The notes under the pieces are model-generated. The model was given only the letters and a program-made list of their open reading frames with translations. It was not told the origin of the DNA and made no database searches. The translations under genes were made by a program, and so were the position numbers. A stretch of 64,000 bases of DNA from Acidobacteriota bacterium (lineage in GTDB: Bacteria; Acidobacteriota; UBA6911; RPQK01; JAJDTT01). The stretch lies in NCBI GenBank assembly GCA_965217775.1, contig CBDCJH010000002.1, positions 4,704,001 through 4,768,000 on the forward strand, given 5' to 3'. Of the stretch, positions 10,894 to 20,518 are shown one piece after another (the stretch's first letter is position 1; each line of letters starts with the position of its first letter).

Positions 10894-11976
10894 TCAATTC
10901 GTTCCCTGCCACAAGAGGACCACCCCCGTCACCAGGATGTTGAGGATGGAGAGGGGCAAAATCATGGTCCAACCCAATCGCAGGAGCTGGTCCCAACGGA
11001 AACGGGGCAGGGTCCAGCGGATGAGCATGAAGATGAAGCAGAAGACCGAGACCTTGAACAGGAAAGCGCCGACCTGGAGCAGCAGCACCACGGTCTGGGA
11101 CAGAGGCCAGGCGGCGCCCCACGGAAACTCGAATCCGCCCGGCGTGAGATAGGGCACCTGCCAGCCCCCCAGAAACAGGGTGGTGACCAGCGCGGCCGCA
11201 AGCACCGTCTCCACGAAATCGGTGGTGTAGAACATGCCGAACTTCATCCCGCTGTATTCGACGAAATAGCCGATGATCTCCGATTCCCCTTCCGGAATGT
11301 CGAAGGGGACCCGTTTGGTCTCGGCCAGCGCGGCAGTCGTGAACAGGATGAAGCCCAGCGGCTGCAGGATGATGCCCCAACCGGGAAGCCAGCCGAGCAA
11401 CAGCTCTCCCTGCTGGAGCACCATCTCCTGGAGATGGAGCGTCCCGTAGACCATGAGCAGGCCGATGAGGGTGGCGCCCAGCGTGATTTCGTAGGCGATC
11501 ATCTGGCTGGCGGCCCTCAGGCCTCCCAGCAGAGCGTAGTTGTTGGCGGAAGACCAGCCGGCGAGAACGAAGCCGTAGATCCCCATGCTCATGGTGGCCA
11601 ACACGAAGAGGAGACCCACGTTCAGGTCCAGGATCTGGAGCGACACCGTGTGCCCCCCCAACTGGTAGACCCCGCCGAAGGGTACGACGGCGAAACTCAC
11701 CAGGGCGAAGAAGAGGGCGATGATGGGAGCCAGGGTATGGACCAGGCGGTTCCCCTGATTGGGGACGAAATCCTCCTTGGTCAGCATCTTGAGGGCGTCG
11801 GCGATGGGGTGAAAGAGTCCCAGCGCGCGCAGGCCCAGGATGCTGGCCCGGTTGGCGCCGATTCGATCCTGCATCACGGCGCTCTGTTTCCGCTCCAGCC
11901 AACTGAGCAGATAGACGAAGCCCATGACCACGTTGAAGCAGAAGAAGACCTTGGCCAGAACGATCAGGGTGCTCAT
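10894..11976 (-). CDS. nuoH: NADH-quinone oxidoreductase subunit H
   Basis: ERK..MQDRIG, ADALKMLTKE, AETKRVPFDIPEGESE, PRFRWDQL; start set at MSTLIVL. Confidence 0.95.
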   Translation of the reverse strand: MSTLIVLAKVFFCFNVVMGFVYLLSWLERKQSAVMQDRIGANRASILGLRALGLFHPIADALKMLTKEDFVPNQGNRLVHTLAPIIALFFALVSFAVVPFGGVYQLGGHTVSLQILDLNVGLLFVLATMSMGIYGFVLAGWSSANNYALLGGLRAASQMIAYEITLGATLIGLLMVYGTLHLQEMVLQQGELLLGWLPGWGIILQPLGFILFTTAALAETKRVPFDIPEGESEIIGYFVEYSGMKFGMFYTTDFVETVLAAALVTTLFLGGWQVPYLTPGGFEFPWGAAWPLSQTVVLLLQVGAFLFKVSVFCFIFMLIRWTLPRFRWDQLLRLGWTMILPLSILNILVTGVVLLWQGTN

Positions 11977-11999
11977 CTTGTTCGCGTGCCGGCCCCCCG

Positions 12000-13580
12000 T
12001 CAGCCGGTGCCGGCGCCATTCGAGTCGAGGACCTCCCCGAACTCGCCCAGATCCTGGTAGCTCCTGCCCCGCCACTCGGAGAAGAGGTCCTCCGGTTCCG
12101 GGTAGTACAGGGCGTGGTCCAACCGTTGGGCCAGGTCGCACAGGATCTCCAGGTCCGGCCTGGACTCTCCCAGCGGCGGCAGCGCCTGGGCAAAGTGCTG
12201 GACCCGCCCCTCGAAATTGGTGAACGTCCCTTCCTTCTCCATGTGGGTGACGCCGGGAAGGACGGCGTGGGCCATTCGGGCCGTGGAGTTCCAGTTGGCG
12301 CCCTGGAACACCACGTATTCGGCCTGCCGGATCAACTCCCGGGCCTGGTCCGAATCGAAGTCGTGCCCAAAGACGTAGAGGACTTTCACCCCCCCGGACG
12401 CGGCATCCCCCAGGGTCCGCTCCGCGTCACCCTGCAAGCCCAGCTCCACGGCCCCGCGACGGTTGGGGTTCCGGTCTCCCCGCAGCAGGATCCCGTCCTC
12501 CGTCCCCGTGTCCTCCCAAGGATTCCGGAACGGGATTCCGGCGACGCCCAACAGCTCCTGAAACAACTTCCGGACCAGGTAGAGCTCCTCGTTGGATTGC
12601 TGGGGAGAAGCGATGACGCCCAGCCCCTCCGGTCCGAACTTCTCGACGGTGGCTCGCAGGGCGGTGGCCACCTCCTCCAGGACCTCCTCCCAGGCGCGCG
12701 GTTGGAGTTCCCCTCCAATCCGCAGGCAGGGGTTCTCGATGCGGTCCCGGTCGACGAAACCGTAGCCGAAGCGGCCCTGGTCGCACATCCACCATTGGTT
12801 GACCAGCGGGTTGAACCTGGGCTTGAGCCTCTGGACCCTCCTGCCGTCCGCCTTGTAGCTGCGCTGCGTATTGAAGTGGACCGCGATGTTGCAGCCCCGG
12901 GAGCAACCGTTGCAGATGGACGCTTCCTGGGAGAGGTACCAGACCCGGCACTGGAAGCGGAACTCCCGCTCGGTCAACGCCCCCACCGGACAGATGTCGA
13001 TGACGTTGCCCGAGTAGTTGTTGTCCAGTTCCCGGCCTGGAAACAGGTCGATGACCGACCGGTCGCCCCGATCCAGAACCCCCAGCTCGTGGCTCTCCGA
13101 GACCTCTTCGCAGAAGCGCACGCAGCGGGTGCAGAGGATGCACCGCTCCTGGTCCAGCATGACGTGGGGTCCGATGGGAAAAGCCTTCTTCCGTTTGATC
13201 TTGTCCTCAAAGACCCGGCTCTCGTGCAGGCCATGCTCCATGTAGAAGTTCTGGAGGTCGCACTCTCCCGACTGGTCGCACACGGGACAGTCGAGGGGAT
13301 GGTTGACCAGCAGAAACTCCAGCATGGCCTGGCGCATCCGGACGACCGGCTCCGAATCGGTGGAGACCTGCATGCCGTCCCGGACGCGGGTGTGGCAGGA
13401 GATCTGAAGCTTGGGCATGCCTTCGATCTCGACCGCGCACATGCGGCAGCTTCCGGCGACGCTGAGTCCCGGGTGGTAGCAGTAGCGGGGAACCATCACC
13501 CCCAACCGCTCCGCGGCCTCCAGGACGTTGGTGCCCGGGTCCACCTGGATGTCTTGTCCGTCGATATTGACCGTAACCAT
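12000..13580 (-). CDS. nuoG: NADH-quinone oxidoreductase subunit G (short form)
   Basis: CYHP, GSCRMC, NHPLDCPVCDQSGECDLQ, CILCTRCVRFC, ICPVGAL, CNGCSRGC. Confidence 0.92.
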   Translation of the reverse strand: MVTVNIDGQDIQVDPGTNVLEAAERLGVMVPRYCYHPGLSVAGSCRMCAVEIEGMPKLQISCHTRVRDGMQVSTDSEPVVRMRQAMLEFLLVNHPLDCPVCDQSGECDLQNFYMEHGLHESRVFEDKIKRKKAFPIGPHVMLDQERCILCTRCVRFCEEVSESHELGVLDRGDRSVIDLFPGRELDNNYSGNVIDICPVGALTEREFRFQCRVWYLSQEASICNGCSRGCNIAVHFNTQRSYKADGRRVQRLKPRFNPLVNQWWMCDQGRFGYGFVDRDRIENPCLRIGGELQPRAWEEVLEEVATALRATVEKFGPEGLGVIASPQQSNEELYLVRKLFQELLGVAGIPFRNPWEDTGTEDGILLRGDRNPNRRGAVELGLQGDAERTLGDAASGGVKVLYVFGHDFDSDQARELIRQAEYVVFQGANWNSTARMAHAVLPGVTHMEKEGTFTNFEGRVQHFAQALPPLGESRPDLEILCDLAQRLDHALYYPEPEDLFSEWRGRSYQDLGEFGEVLDSNGAGTG

Positions 13581-13620
13581 GGGGTTCACCGTATGGGCTC
13601 GGAGCCGTGCCGGGACGCCG

Positions 13621-14919
13621 TCACTTTAGGGCCCCGGCCGGGACCGGCCGCTTTAAATCACATCTCCCGTGCTTAAGGTGGTAATCGAACTCGTCTCTGA
13701 ACTTGACCAGGAAACTCCGCAGGGGCATGGCGGCGCCGTCACAGAGGGCGCAGATGGAGGTTCCCGACATGTTGTCCGCGATCTGCAGGAGGTCCTCCAC
13801 CGAACGCCGCCGCGCCCGGCCCGCGTGAATGGCGTCCACCGTCCGCGCCACCCACCCGGTGCCCTCCCGGCAGGGGGTGCACTGGCCGCACGACTCGTGG
13901 GCATAGAAGTGGCTGATCACCCGCATGGCCTCCACCATGCAGACATCCTCGGCCATGACCACGATTCCGGCGGAGCCCAGCATGGAACCGATCCTGGCCA
14001 GGTGGTCGAAATCCAGAGGCACGTCGATCTCGTCGGCGGTCAGGACGGCGGCCGAGCTTCCTCCGGGGATCACCGCCTTCAACTGCTTGCCGTCGGCCAT
14101 GCCCCCTCCGCAGTCGTAGATCAGTTCCCTGAGGGGCGTCCCCATGGGGAGTTCGTAGACGCCCGGCCGCTTGACGTCGCCGGAGAGAGAGAACAGGCGA
14201 AGGCCGCCGTTGCGCTCCGAGCCCAGGTTCGCAAACCACTCCCCGCCGTGGGTGACGATGTGGGGCAGATAGGTCAGGGATTCCACGTTGTTGATGACCG
14301 TGGGGCATCCGAAGGCGCCCACCACCGCCGGGAACGGAGGCTTGAGCCGGGGCCATCCCTTCTTGCCCTCCAGCGACTCCAGCAGGCCGGTCTCCTCTCC
14401 GCAGATATAGGCCCCCGCTCCCACGTGCATGTAGACGTCGAGAGAAAAGTCACGGCCCAACACCCGGCTCCCCAGAATACCCTCCCGATAGGCCTCTTCC
14501 ATGGTTTCCCGGAGGATCCGTTCGGGATGGACGTACTCGCCGCGGATGTAGATATAGGCGGTGTGGATTCCCACCGCGCGCGCGCAGATGATCATCCCTT
14601 CCAGGAGCCGATGGGGGTCCCACTCCATGATGTAGCGGTCCTTGAAGGTCCCCGGCTCTCCCTCGTCGGCGTTGACCACGAGATAGATGGGTTTGCCCGT
14701 GTTGCGGGGAACGAAACTCCACTTTCGGCCCACCGGAAAGCCGGCGCCTCCCAGACCGCGGAGATTCGACTTGATGACCTCCTCGGTGATCCGTTCCGGG
14801 GCCATCTCGTCCAGGGCCTTGAGAGCCGCCTGGTAGCCGCCGTGCTCGCGGTAGTAGTCGAACCGGCGAGCCTGAGGATTGCCGAAGTCGCGGGAGATGA
14901 GCCGGAGCCGGTCCGTCAC
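13621..14919 (-). CDS. nuoF: NADH-quinone oxidoreductase subunit F
   Basis: GLGGAGFP, NADEGEPGTFKDR, GAYICGEET, ESCGQCTPCREG. Confidence 0.97.
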   Translation of the reverse strand: MTDRLRLISRDFGNPQARRFDYYREHGGYQAALKALDEMAPERITEEVIKSNLRGLGGAGFPVGRKWSFVPRNTGKPIYLVVNADEGEPGTFKDRYIMEWDPHRLLEGMIICARAVGIHTAYIYIRGEYVHPERILRETMEEAYREGILGSRVLGRDFSLDVYMHVGAGAYICGEETGLLESLEGKKGWPRLKPPFPAVVGAFGCPTVINNVESLTYLPHIVTHGGEWFANLGSERNGGLRLFSLSGDVKRPGVYELPMGTPLRELIYDCGGGMADGKQLKAVIPGGSSAAVLTADEIDVPLDFDHLARIGSMLGSAGIVVMAEDVCMVEAMRVISHFYAHESCGQCTPCREGTGWVARTVDAIHAGRARRRSVEDLLQIADNMSGTSICALCDGAAMPLRSFLVKFRDEFDYHLKHGRCDLKRPVPAGALK

Positions 14920-15473
14920 GCCTCCCCCCGCGAAGTCTCTCCCTCCAGGATCCGGTCCGCCGGAGGGGCGATTTCCAATCGCCCGTTCCGGCCTTGCGAT
15001 TTCTCTCCATCCAGGATCCGATCCACCTCCGACCGGTTCAGAGGGCCATGGTAGTCGTCCCCCACTTGCATCATGGGAGCCAGCTCACAGGCGCCCATGC
15101 ACTGTGGGACCGCCTCCCAGCTATATTCACCGTCGGTGGTGGTTCCTCCGCTGGCGACTCCCAGTTTCTCCTCGAGGTGTCTCCGGACGCCGCGGCAGCC
15201 CCGGACCCAGCAGGAGATGCTGGTGCAGAGGCGGATGTGCCGGCGGCCCCTGGGACGGGTCCGGTACAGGGTGTAGAAGGTCAGGACCTCGTGGACGTCG
15301 ATGACCGGCAAGCCCAGAACCTGGGCCACGTGCTCCTCTCCTTCGAGGGAGACGTATCCCAACTGCTCCTGCACCAGGTGAAGGGCGGGGAGCAGAACCG
15401 CTCGCCGAGTGGGATAGACCTGGAGCAGGGACTCCAGGCGCTCCCTTCGCTCCCGGGTGAACTCGAAGCTCAA
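14916..15473 (-). CDS. nuoE: NADH-quinone oxidoreductase subunit E
   Basis: TFYTLY, CTSISC, CMGACELAP; TTG start overlapping nuoD stop; extended C-terminus. Confidence 0.9.
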   Translation of the reverse strand: MSFEFTRERRERLESLLQVYPTRRAVLLPALHLVQEQLGYVSLEGEEHVAQVLGLPVIDVHEVLTFYTLYRTRPRGRRHIRLCTSISCWVRGCRGVRRHLEEKLGVASGGTTTDGEYSWEAVPQCMGACELAPMMQVGDDYHGPLNRSEVDRILDGEKSQGRNGRLEIAPPADRILEGETSRGEA

Positions 15474-16795
15474 CGGTCCAGTTCTCCCGCGATCATGTTG
15501 ACCGATCCGAAGGTGGGAACGATGTCCGCCATCTGGTCCCCTTCCAGGATGCCGGAGAGAGCCGCCATGATGGGGAAGCAGGGCGGACGGCAGCGGACCC
15601 GCCAGGGCCGGTCGCTCCCGTCGCTGACGATATAGAAGGCCAACTCGCCGTTGGCGCCCTCCATCGGGAAATAGACTTCTCCGCGGGGAGGGCGAATCCC
15701 GTGGCCCATCATCACGATCTTGAAATGATTCATCAGGGCCTCGATGTTGGAGTAGACCTGCTCCTTGGGCGGAAGCCGGCTGGTCTTGTCGGCGGCGTAG
15801 ACCCGGTCGTGGAAGCGTTTCTCCGATCCCTGAAGGGTTGGCTGGATCAGAACCTCGTTGCTCAGGAGGCCGCGAGTCTTGCCGAACTTGCCCAGATCCG
15901 CCATCAGGTCGGGGGAGATCAATTTTCCGTCCGGGTCCACGTTGGTCGGACCCTCGGGCATCTGATCCAGGCATTGCCCGACGATCCGCAACGACTGCCG
16001 CATCTCCTCCATCCGAACCAGGTAGCGGTCCATGTTATCGCCTTGACCGCCCACCGGCACATCGAAATCCATGCGGTCGTAGACGAAGTAGGGGGAGGCC
16101 TTGCGAACGTCGTAGTCGATGCCGGTCGACCGCAGGAAGGGACCCGTAATGCCGTAGGCCACGGCGGACTCGGCGGAGATGATGCCCACTCCCCGCATCC
16201 GGTCGAAGAAGATGCGGTTGTGGGTCAGGAGATCGTCCACCTCCTCCAGAACCTCTTCCACCTTGCCCGTCACCTCGCGGCAACGCTCGGAAAAATCGGC
16301 AGTCAGGTCCGCCTTGACCCCACCGATTCGGCCATAGGAGACGGTGAGCCGGGCGCCGGTGACCTCCTCCACCAGTTCCCACAGCCACTCCCGGGCCTTG
16401 ATCATGTACAGGAATACGGAAAATGCCCCCAGCTCCATGGCGGAGGCTCCGATACAGGTCAGGTGGTCGCAGATCCGGGAGATCTCGCTCATGAGCACCC
16501 GGATGTACTGGCAGCGCTCCGGGACCTCCAGACCCATCAGGAGCTCGACTCCCGCGGCGAACGCGAAGTTGTTGATGAGCGGGGAGACGTAGTTGAGCCG
16601 GTCGGTGTAGGGGAAACACTGGGTGTAGCTGGAGGCTTCGCAATGCTTTTCGAAACCCCGGTGGAGATACCCGATCTCCACGTCGGCGCTGCGGACCACC
16701 TCGCCATCCAGGCCCAACTCGATGCGGATAACGCCGTGCATGGCCGGGTGGGCCGGCCCCGCGTTCAGCAGCATGGTCCGGGAAATCTCAGTCAT
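15470..16795 (-). CDS. nuoD: NADH-quinone oxidoreductase subunit D
   Basis: GPAHPAMHG, GYLHRGFEK, DRLNY, GELDR C-terminus. Confidence 0.96.
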   Translation of the reverse strand: MTEISRTMLLNAGPAHPAMHGVIRIELGLDGEVVRSADVEIGYLHRGFEKHCEASSYTQCFPYTDRLNYVSPLINNFAFAAGVELLMGLEVPERCQYIRVLMSEISRICDHLTCIGASAMELGAFSVFLYMIKAREWLWELVEEVTGARLTVSYGRIGGVKADLTADFSERCREVTGKVEEVLEEVDDLLTHNRIFFDRMRGVGIISAESAVAYGITGPFLRSTGIDYDVRKASPYFVYDRMDFDVPVGGQGDNMDRYLVRMEEMRQSLRIVGQCLDQMPEGPTNVDPDGKLISPDLMADLGKFGKTRGLLSNEVLIQPTLQGSEKRFHDRVYAADKTSRLPPKEQVYSNIEALMNHFKIVMMGHGIRPPRGEVYFPMEGANGELAFYIVSDGSDRPWRVRCRPPCFPIMAALSGILEGDQMADIVPTFGSVNMIAGELDR

Positions 16796-16805
16796 CTCGC
16801 CGGTT

Positions 16806-17285
16806 TCAATCCTTGGGTCCCACCAGGGGCTGCCGCTTGTCGATGGGATAGTCTTTTCGCAGGGGATGCCCCTGGAACTCCTGGTACATCAGGATGCGGC
16901 GCAAGTCGGGATGTCCCCGGAACCGGATCCCGAACATGTCGAACACCTCTCTCTCGTACCAGTTGGCGGCCGGCCAAAGGGACGTCAGCGAGGGGGCCTC
17001 CGGAGACGAGCCGCCCAGCGGCGCCTTCAACCGCAGCCGGGCGTTTTTCGACCGGGAATAGAGGTGGTAGACCAACTCGAAGCGGGGCTTCCGCTTCCAG
17101 TGGTCGACGGCCGTGAGGTCCATGAGGAAGTCGAAGCGGAGTTGGGGGTCCTGCTTCAGGAAACGTGCGACCCGGGTCAGAGCCTCCGGCTTCAGGATGG
17201 CCGTATCCTCACCCAGCCTGGAGTGGGTCCCCAGGATCTCTTCCGGAAAACTCTCCTGGAGGCGGGTCAGGGATGTGCTCTGCAT
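16806..17285 (-). CDS. nuoC: NADH-quinone oxidoreductase subunit C
   Basis: WYEREVFDMFGI, HPDLRRIL, GHPLRKDYP. Confidence 0.96.
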   Translation of the reverse strand: MQSTSLTRLQESFPEEILGTHSRLGEDTAILKPEALTRVARFLKQDPQLRFDFLMDLTAVDHWKRKPRFELVYHLYSRSKNARLRLKAPLGGSSPEAPSLTSLWPAANWYEREVFDMFGIRFRGHPDLRRILMYQEFQGHPLRKDYPIDKRQPLVGPKD

Positions 17286-17422
17286 CGGAATGACGAACGT
17301 CCTTCGGCTAAATGGGATCGAGGCGCCCGTCGTATGCGGATACGCCGCAAATGATCAGCCCAAAACACAGCGAAACGGGGGCTCTCCTACCGGGCGCCCC
17401 AGCTTCCTCTTCCCTCTCCTAG

Positions 17423-17552
17423 CCCGCATTTCTCACCAGGGGGCGAGCGCCCAGCGCAGTCGGTCCCGGAGACACCTTGGCAAAATCCGCGTAAATGCTC
17501 AAAAACAGATTATTTTTCATCATACGCGTAGCGGCCTGGTGAGAAATTCGGG
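17423..17552. mobile_element. MITE family B (130 bp, 18-bp TIRs, CTAG target duplication)
   Basis: CTAG-CCCGCATTTCTCACCAGG ... CCTGGTGAGAAATTCGGG-CTAG; TIR 17/18; CTAG at 17419-22 and 17553-56. Confidence 0.82.
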
Positions 17553-18032
17553 CTAGACCTCCTGTCTCTCCTTCCGGATCTTCTCCTGCAGCATCATCAA
17601 CCCCTGCAGCACGGTCTCCGGCCGGGGAGGACACCCGGGGATGTAGACATCCACCGGAATCACGTGATCGATTCCTCGCACCGTGGCGTAGTTGTCGTAG
17701 AAACCACCCGTACAGGTGCAGACTCCAAAAGCGACGACCCACTTGGGGGCGCACATCTGCTGGTAGACGTTGACCAGAACCGGGGCGATCTTCTGGCTGA
17801 TGGTCCCGACGACGAAGAGGACGTCGGCTTGCCGCGGGGAAAAACGGGGAAGACCGGCCCCGAAGCGGTCCACGTCGTAGTGGGCGCAGGCGGTGGCCAT
17901 GTACTCCATACCGCAACAGGCGGTCACGAAGGGGTATTGAAAAATCGAGTACTTCCTCGCCCAACCCACCACCTGGTCAAGCCGGCTGGTGAAAAAACCC
18001 AGCTCGGGGCTGCCCTTGAAATCTACTTCCAA
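17553..18032 (-). CDS. nuoB: NADH-quinone oxidoreductase subunit B
   Basis: TACCGME, SPRQAD, VDVYIPGCPPRPE; TTG start inferred. Confidence 0.95.
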   Translation of the reverse strand: MEVDFKGSPELGFFTSRLDQVVGWARKYSIFQYPFVTACCGMEYMATACAHYDVDRFGAGLPRFSPRQADVLFVVGTISQKIAPVLVNVYQQMCAPKWVVAFGVCTCTGGFYDNYATVRGIDHVIPVDVYIPGCPPRPETVLQGLMMLQEKIRKERQEV

Positions 18033-18385
18033 TCGAGCGCTCCTCTCTTGACCGAGTAGAAAAGTCCTGAAAGCACGACCAGCAGAAAAATCAACATCTC
18101 GAAGAACCCGAACCAACCGAGCTCCCGGTAAACGACGGCCCACGGGAACAGAAAGATCAGCTCGACGTCAAAGAGGACGAAAAGCAGTGCCGCCAGGAAG
18201 AATTTTACGGAAATCCGGCCCCGGCGAATCTCCGAAGGTTCATTGCCGCACTCGAACGGCATCTCGTGGACCCGGCCTCTGCCCTTCGGGCCCAACCACT
18301 GGGTGAGCAGAACCATTCCACCGGCCGTGGCGCCGGCAAACACGAGGAGAAGAAGAAAGCCGAGGTAGCCTTCCGTGCCAGTCAT
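18023..18385 (-). CDS. nuoA: NADH-quinone oxidoreductase subunit A
   Basis: PFECG, FVLFDVELIFLFPWA, GALDWK. Confidence 0.95.
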   Translation of the reverse strand: MTGTEGYLGFLLLLVFAGATAGGMVLLTQWLGPKGRGRVHEMPFECGNEPSEIRRGRISVKFFLAALLFVLFDVELIFLFPWAVVYRELGWFGFFEMLIFLLVVLSGLFYSVKRGALDWK

Positions 18386-18521
18386 GAGTCACCCGATCCG
18401 GATCCGATCCCGTCCGCTGAGCCGCCACAGTATACGTTGAGATGAGCGAAACTAGAAGAGAGGATTGAGAACCGGGGAACGCCGTGGCGACTTTCGCCAC
18501 TGGCTGTTAAGGTTATGCGCC

Positions 18522-19430
18522 ATGGTGGCGGGAAAGGGAAAGCGGCGGCGCCATCCACCCTGGATCAAGGTCCGCGCTCCGTTCGGCGAAGGCGTCCATG
18601 AACTGAAAGGGCTCCTGGGAGGCTTGGGTCTCAACACCGTCTGCCAGGAGGCCATGTGCCCCAATCTGGGTGAATGCTGGGCCCATGGGGTGGCCACTTT
18701 CATGATCCTGGGGCGAGTCTGCACTCGAGGCTGCCGCTACTGCGCCGTCAGCAAGGGGCGCCCGCCGGTGTTGGACCGGGAGGAGCCCCGGCGGGTGGCC
18801 GAGGCAGTGCGGCAGATGGGCCTGAAACACGTGGTGGTCACCTCCGTGGACCGGGACGACCTGGAGGACGGCGGCGCTTTCATCTTTGCCGAGACGATCC
18901 AGGCCATTCGAGAGCTGCACTGCAGGTGCGCGGTCGAGGTCCTGATCCCCGATTTCCAGGGGGATGAGGCGGCGCTGCGGACGGTTCTGGACGCGGGTCC
19001 CGACATCCTCAACCACAACATCGAGACGGTGCCCCGGCTCTTTCCGGTCGCCCGGGGCGGCGGTGACTATCGAAGATCGTTGGATCTCTTGAGCAACTCC
19101 CGCCGGATCTCGCCGGACACGGTCACCAAGACCGGCATGATGCTGGGCTTGGGAGAGCGCGAAGCCGAGGTATTGCAGGTCATGGAGGACCTGGTGGAAC
19201 GGCAGGTCAACATCCTGACGCTGGGACAGTACCTGAGGCCCACGTCCTGGCATCTGCCGGTGGATCGATACTACCACCCGGACGAGTTCCGCCGTTGGGG
19301 GGAGACGGGAATGCGTCTGGGGTTCGACCATGTGGAGAGCGGCCCCCTGGTCCGGTCCAGTTATCTGGCGGACCGCCAGTTCGCCCAGCTCAGGACCAAC
19401 ACCGAAAACGCTCAACAAGCGTACAATTAA
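18522..19430 (+). CDS. lipA: Lipoyl synthase
   Basis: TVCQEAMCPNLGEC, CTRGCRYC, TSVDRDDL, GPLVRSSY. Confidence 0.97.
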   Translation: MVAGKGKRRRHPPWIKVRAPFGEGVHELKGLLGGLGLNTVCQEAMCPNLGECWAHGVATFMILGRVCTRGCRYCAVSKGRPPVLDREEPRRVAEAVRQMGLKHVVVTSVDRDDLEDGGAFIFAETIQAIRELHCRCAVEVLIPDFQGDEAALRTVLDAGPDILNHNIETVPRLFPVARGGGDYRRSLDLLSNSRRISPDTVTKTGMMLGLGEREAEVLQVMEDLVERQVNILTLGQYLRPTSWHLPVDRYYHPDEFRRWGETGMRLGFDHVESGPLVRSSYLADRQFAQLRTNTENAQQAYN

Positions 19431-19468
19431 GCGGACCGTAAGGATCAGCCAGAAAGGAGTCAGGCAAA

Positions 19469-20026
19469 ATGCCCAGGTATTTGCCGGTGCAACCGGATGC
19501 GGCAAATGAGAAGGTTCGGAATCTCTACTCGGCGCTGGAGAGCGATCTGGGTTTCGTGCCCAACTTCATCAAGACATGGGCCCACAGCGACAACTTCGTG
19601 GAGTCGGTGGCGGCCTTGTACGGCACGGTCATGGGTGAGACCGGCCTGAGCGAGAAGATCCGGTCGCTGGTCATCCTCAGGACCTGCCAGGTCAACAAGT
19701 GCGCCTATACGGCGGTCCCCGCCCTGAAACGGGCTCGGGAGGCGGGTTGGACCGCAGAGCAGTTGGAGGCCATCGGCCAGGCGGCCGAAAGCAATCTGTT
19801 CGTCTACTACGAAAAGGAAGCCATCCGTCTGGCCGAACTGACCAGCCTGAGTCCGGACGAGGTCCAGGAGGAGTTCTGGATGCAACTGGACAACCACTAC
19901 ACCTCGGACCAGGTGGTGGAGATGATCACCCTGATCGGGTTCTTCAACATGATCAACCGCTTGGCTCTGGTGCTGGAAGTGGCGGCGGACCCGGAGCCCG
20001 CGGCCGCCGGCGTGGGCGCCTCCTGA
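19469..20026 (+). CDS. Carboxymuconolactone decarboxylase / AhpD-like protein
   Basis: GFVPN, NKCAY, IGFFNMINR; RBS AGGAG upstream. Confidence 0.8.
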   Translation: MPRYLPVQPDAANEKVRNLYSALESDLGFVPNFIKTWAHSDNFVESVAALYGTVMGETGLSEKIRSLVILRTCQVNKCAYTAVPALKRAREAGWTAEQLEAIGQAAESNLFVYYEKEAIRLAELTSLSPDEVQEEFWMQLDNHYTSDQVVEMITLIGFFNMINRLALVLEVAADPEPAAAGVGAS

Positions 20027-20040
20027 GCGAATCCGTTTCG

Positions 20041-20508
20041 ATGACTCCCGCGGGCAAACTCGACTCCGCGGCCGCACCGGCCGAAACCACCATCGGCGGC
20101 AGCAAGGCTCTGGTGATCCCCATGGAAGTGGAGTTTCACGACCTGGACGCCATGGGTCACGTCAACAACGTCCGCTATTTCACCTTCATGGAGGCGGCTC
20201 GGGTGGCCTTCTTCCGCCACTTTCTGGACGCCCGGCGGATCCACGACCTGCAGATGATCGCGGTGGAAGCCTCCTGCCGGTTTCTCTCGCCCGTTTACTG
20301 GGGAGAGGTCCTTCTGGTCCAGGTCTGGATTCCCCGGGTCGGAAATACCAGCTTCGACTTCCAGTACGAAATGACCGAGCGTCGATCAGGCCGCAAGATC
20401 GCCAGGGGCAAGACCGTTTGCGTGTCGTGGGATTACGGTACCGAGTCCAAGCTGCGGGTTCCGGACCCGGTTCGGAGACTGTGTGCCGGCGGACGCGTCG
20501 GAGGCTGA
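20041..20508 (+). CDS. Acyl-CoA thioesterase (4HBT/YbgC-like)
   Basis: DLDAMGHVNNVRYFTFMEAAR. Confidence 0.9.
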   Translation: MTPAGKLDSAAAPAETTIGGSKALVIPMEVEFHDLDAMGHVNNVRYFTFMEAARVAFFRHFLDARRIHDLQMIAVEASCRFLSPVYWGEVLLVQVWIPRVGNTSFDFQYEMTERRSGRKIARGKTVCVSWDYGTESKLRVPDPVRRLCAGGRVGG

Positions 20509-20518
20509 CTTGTCCACC

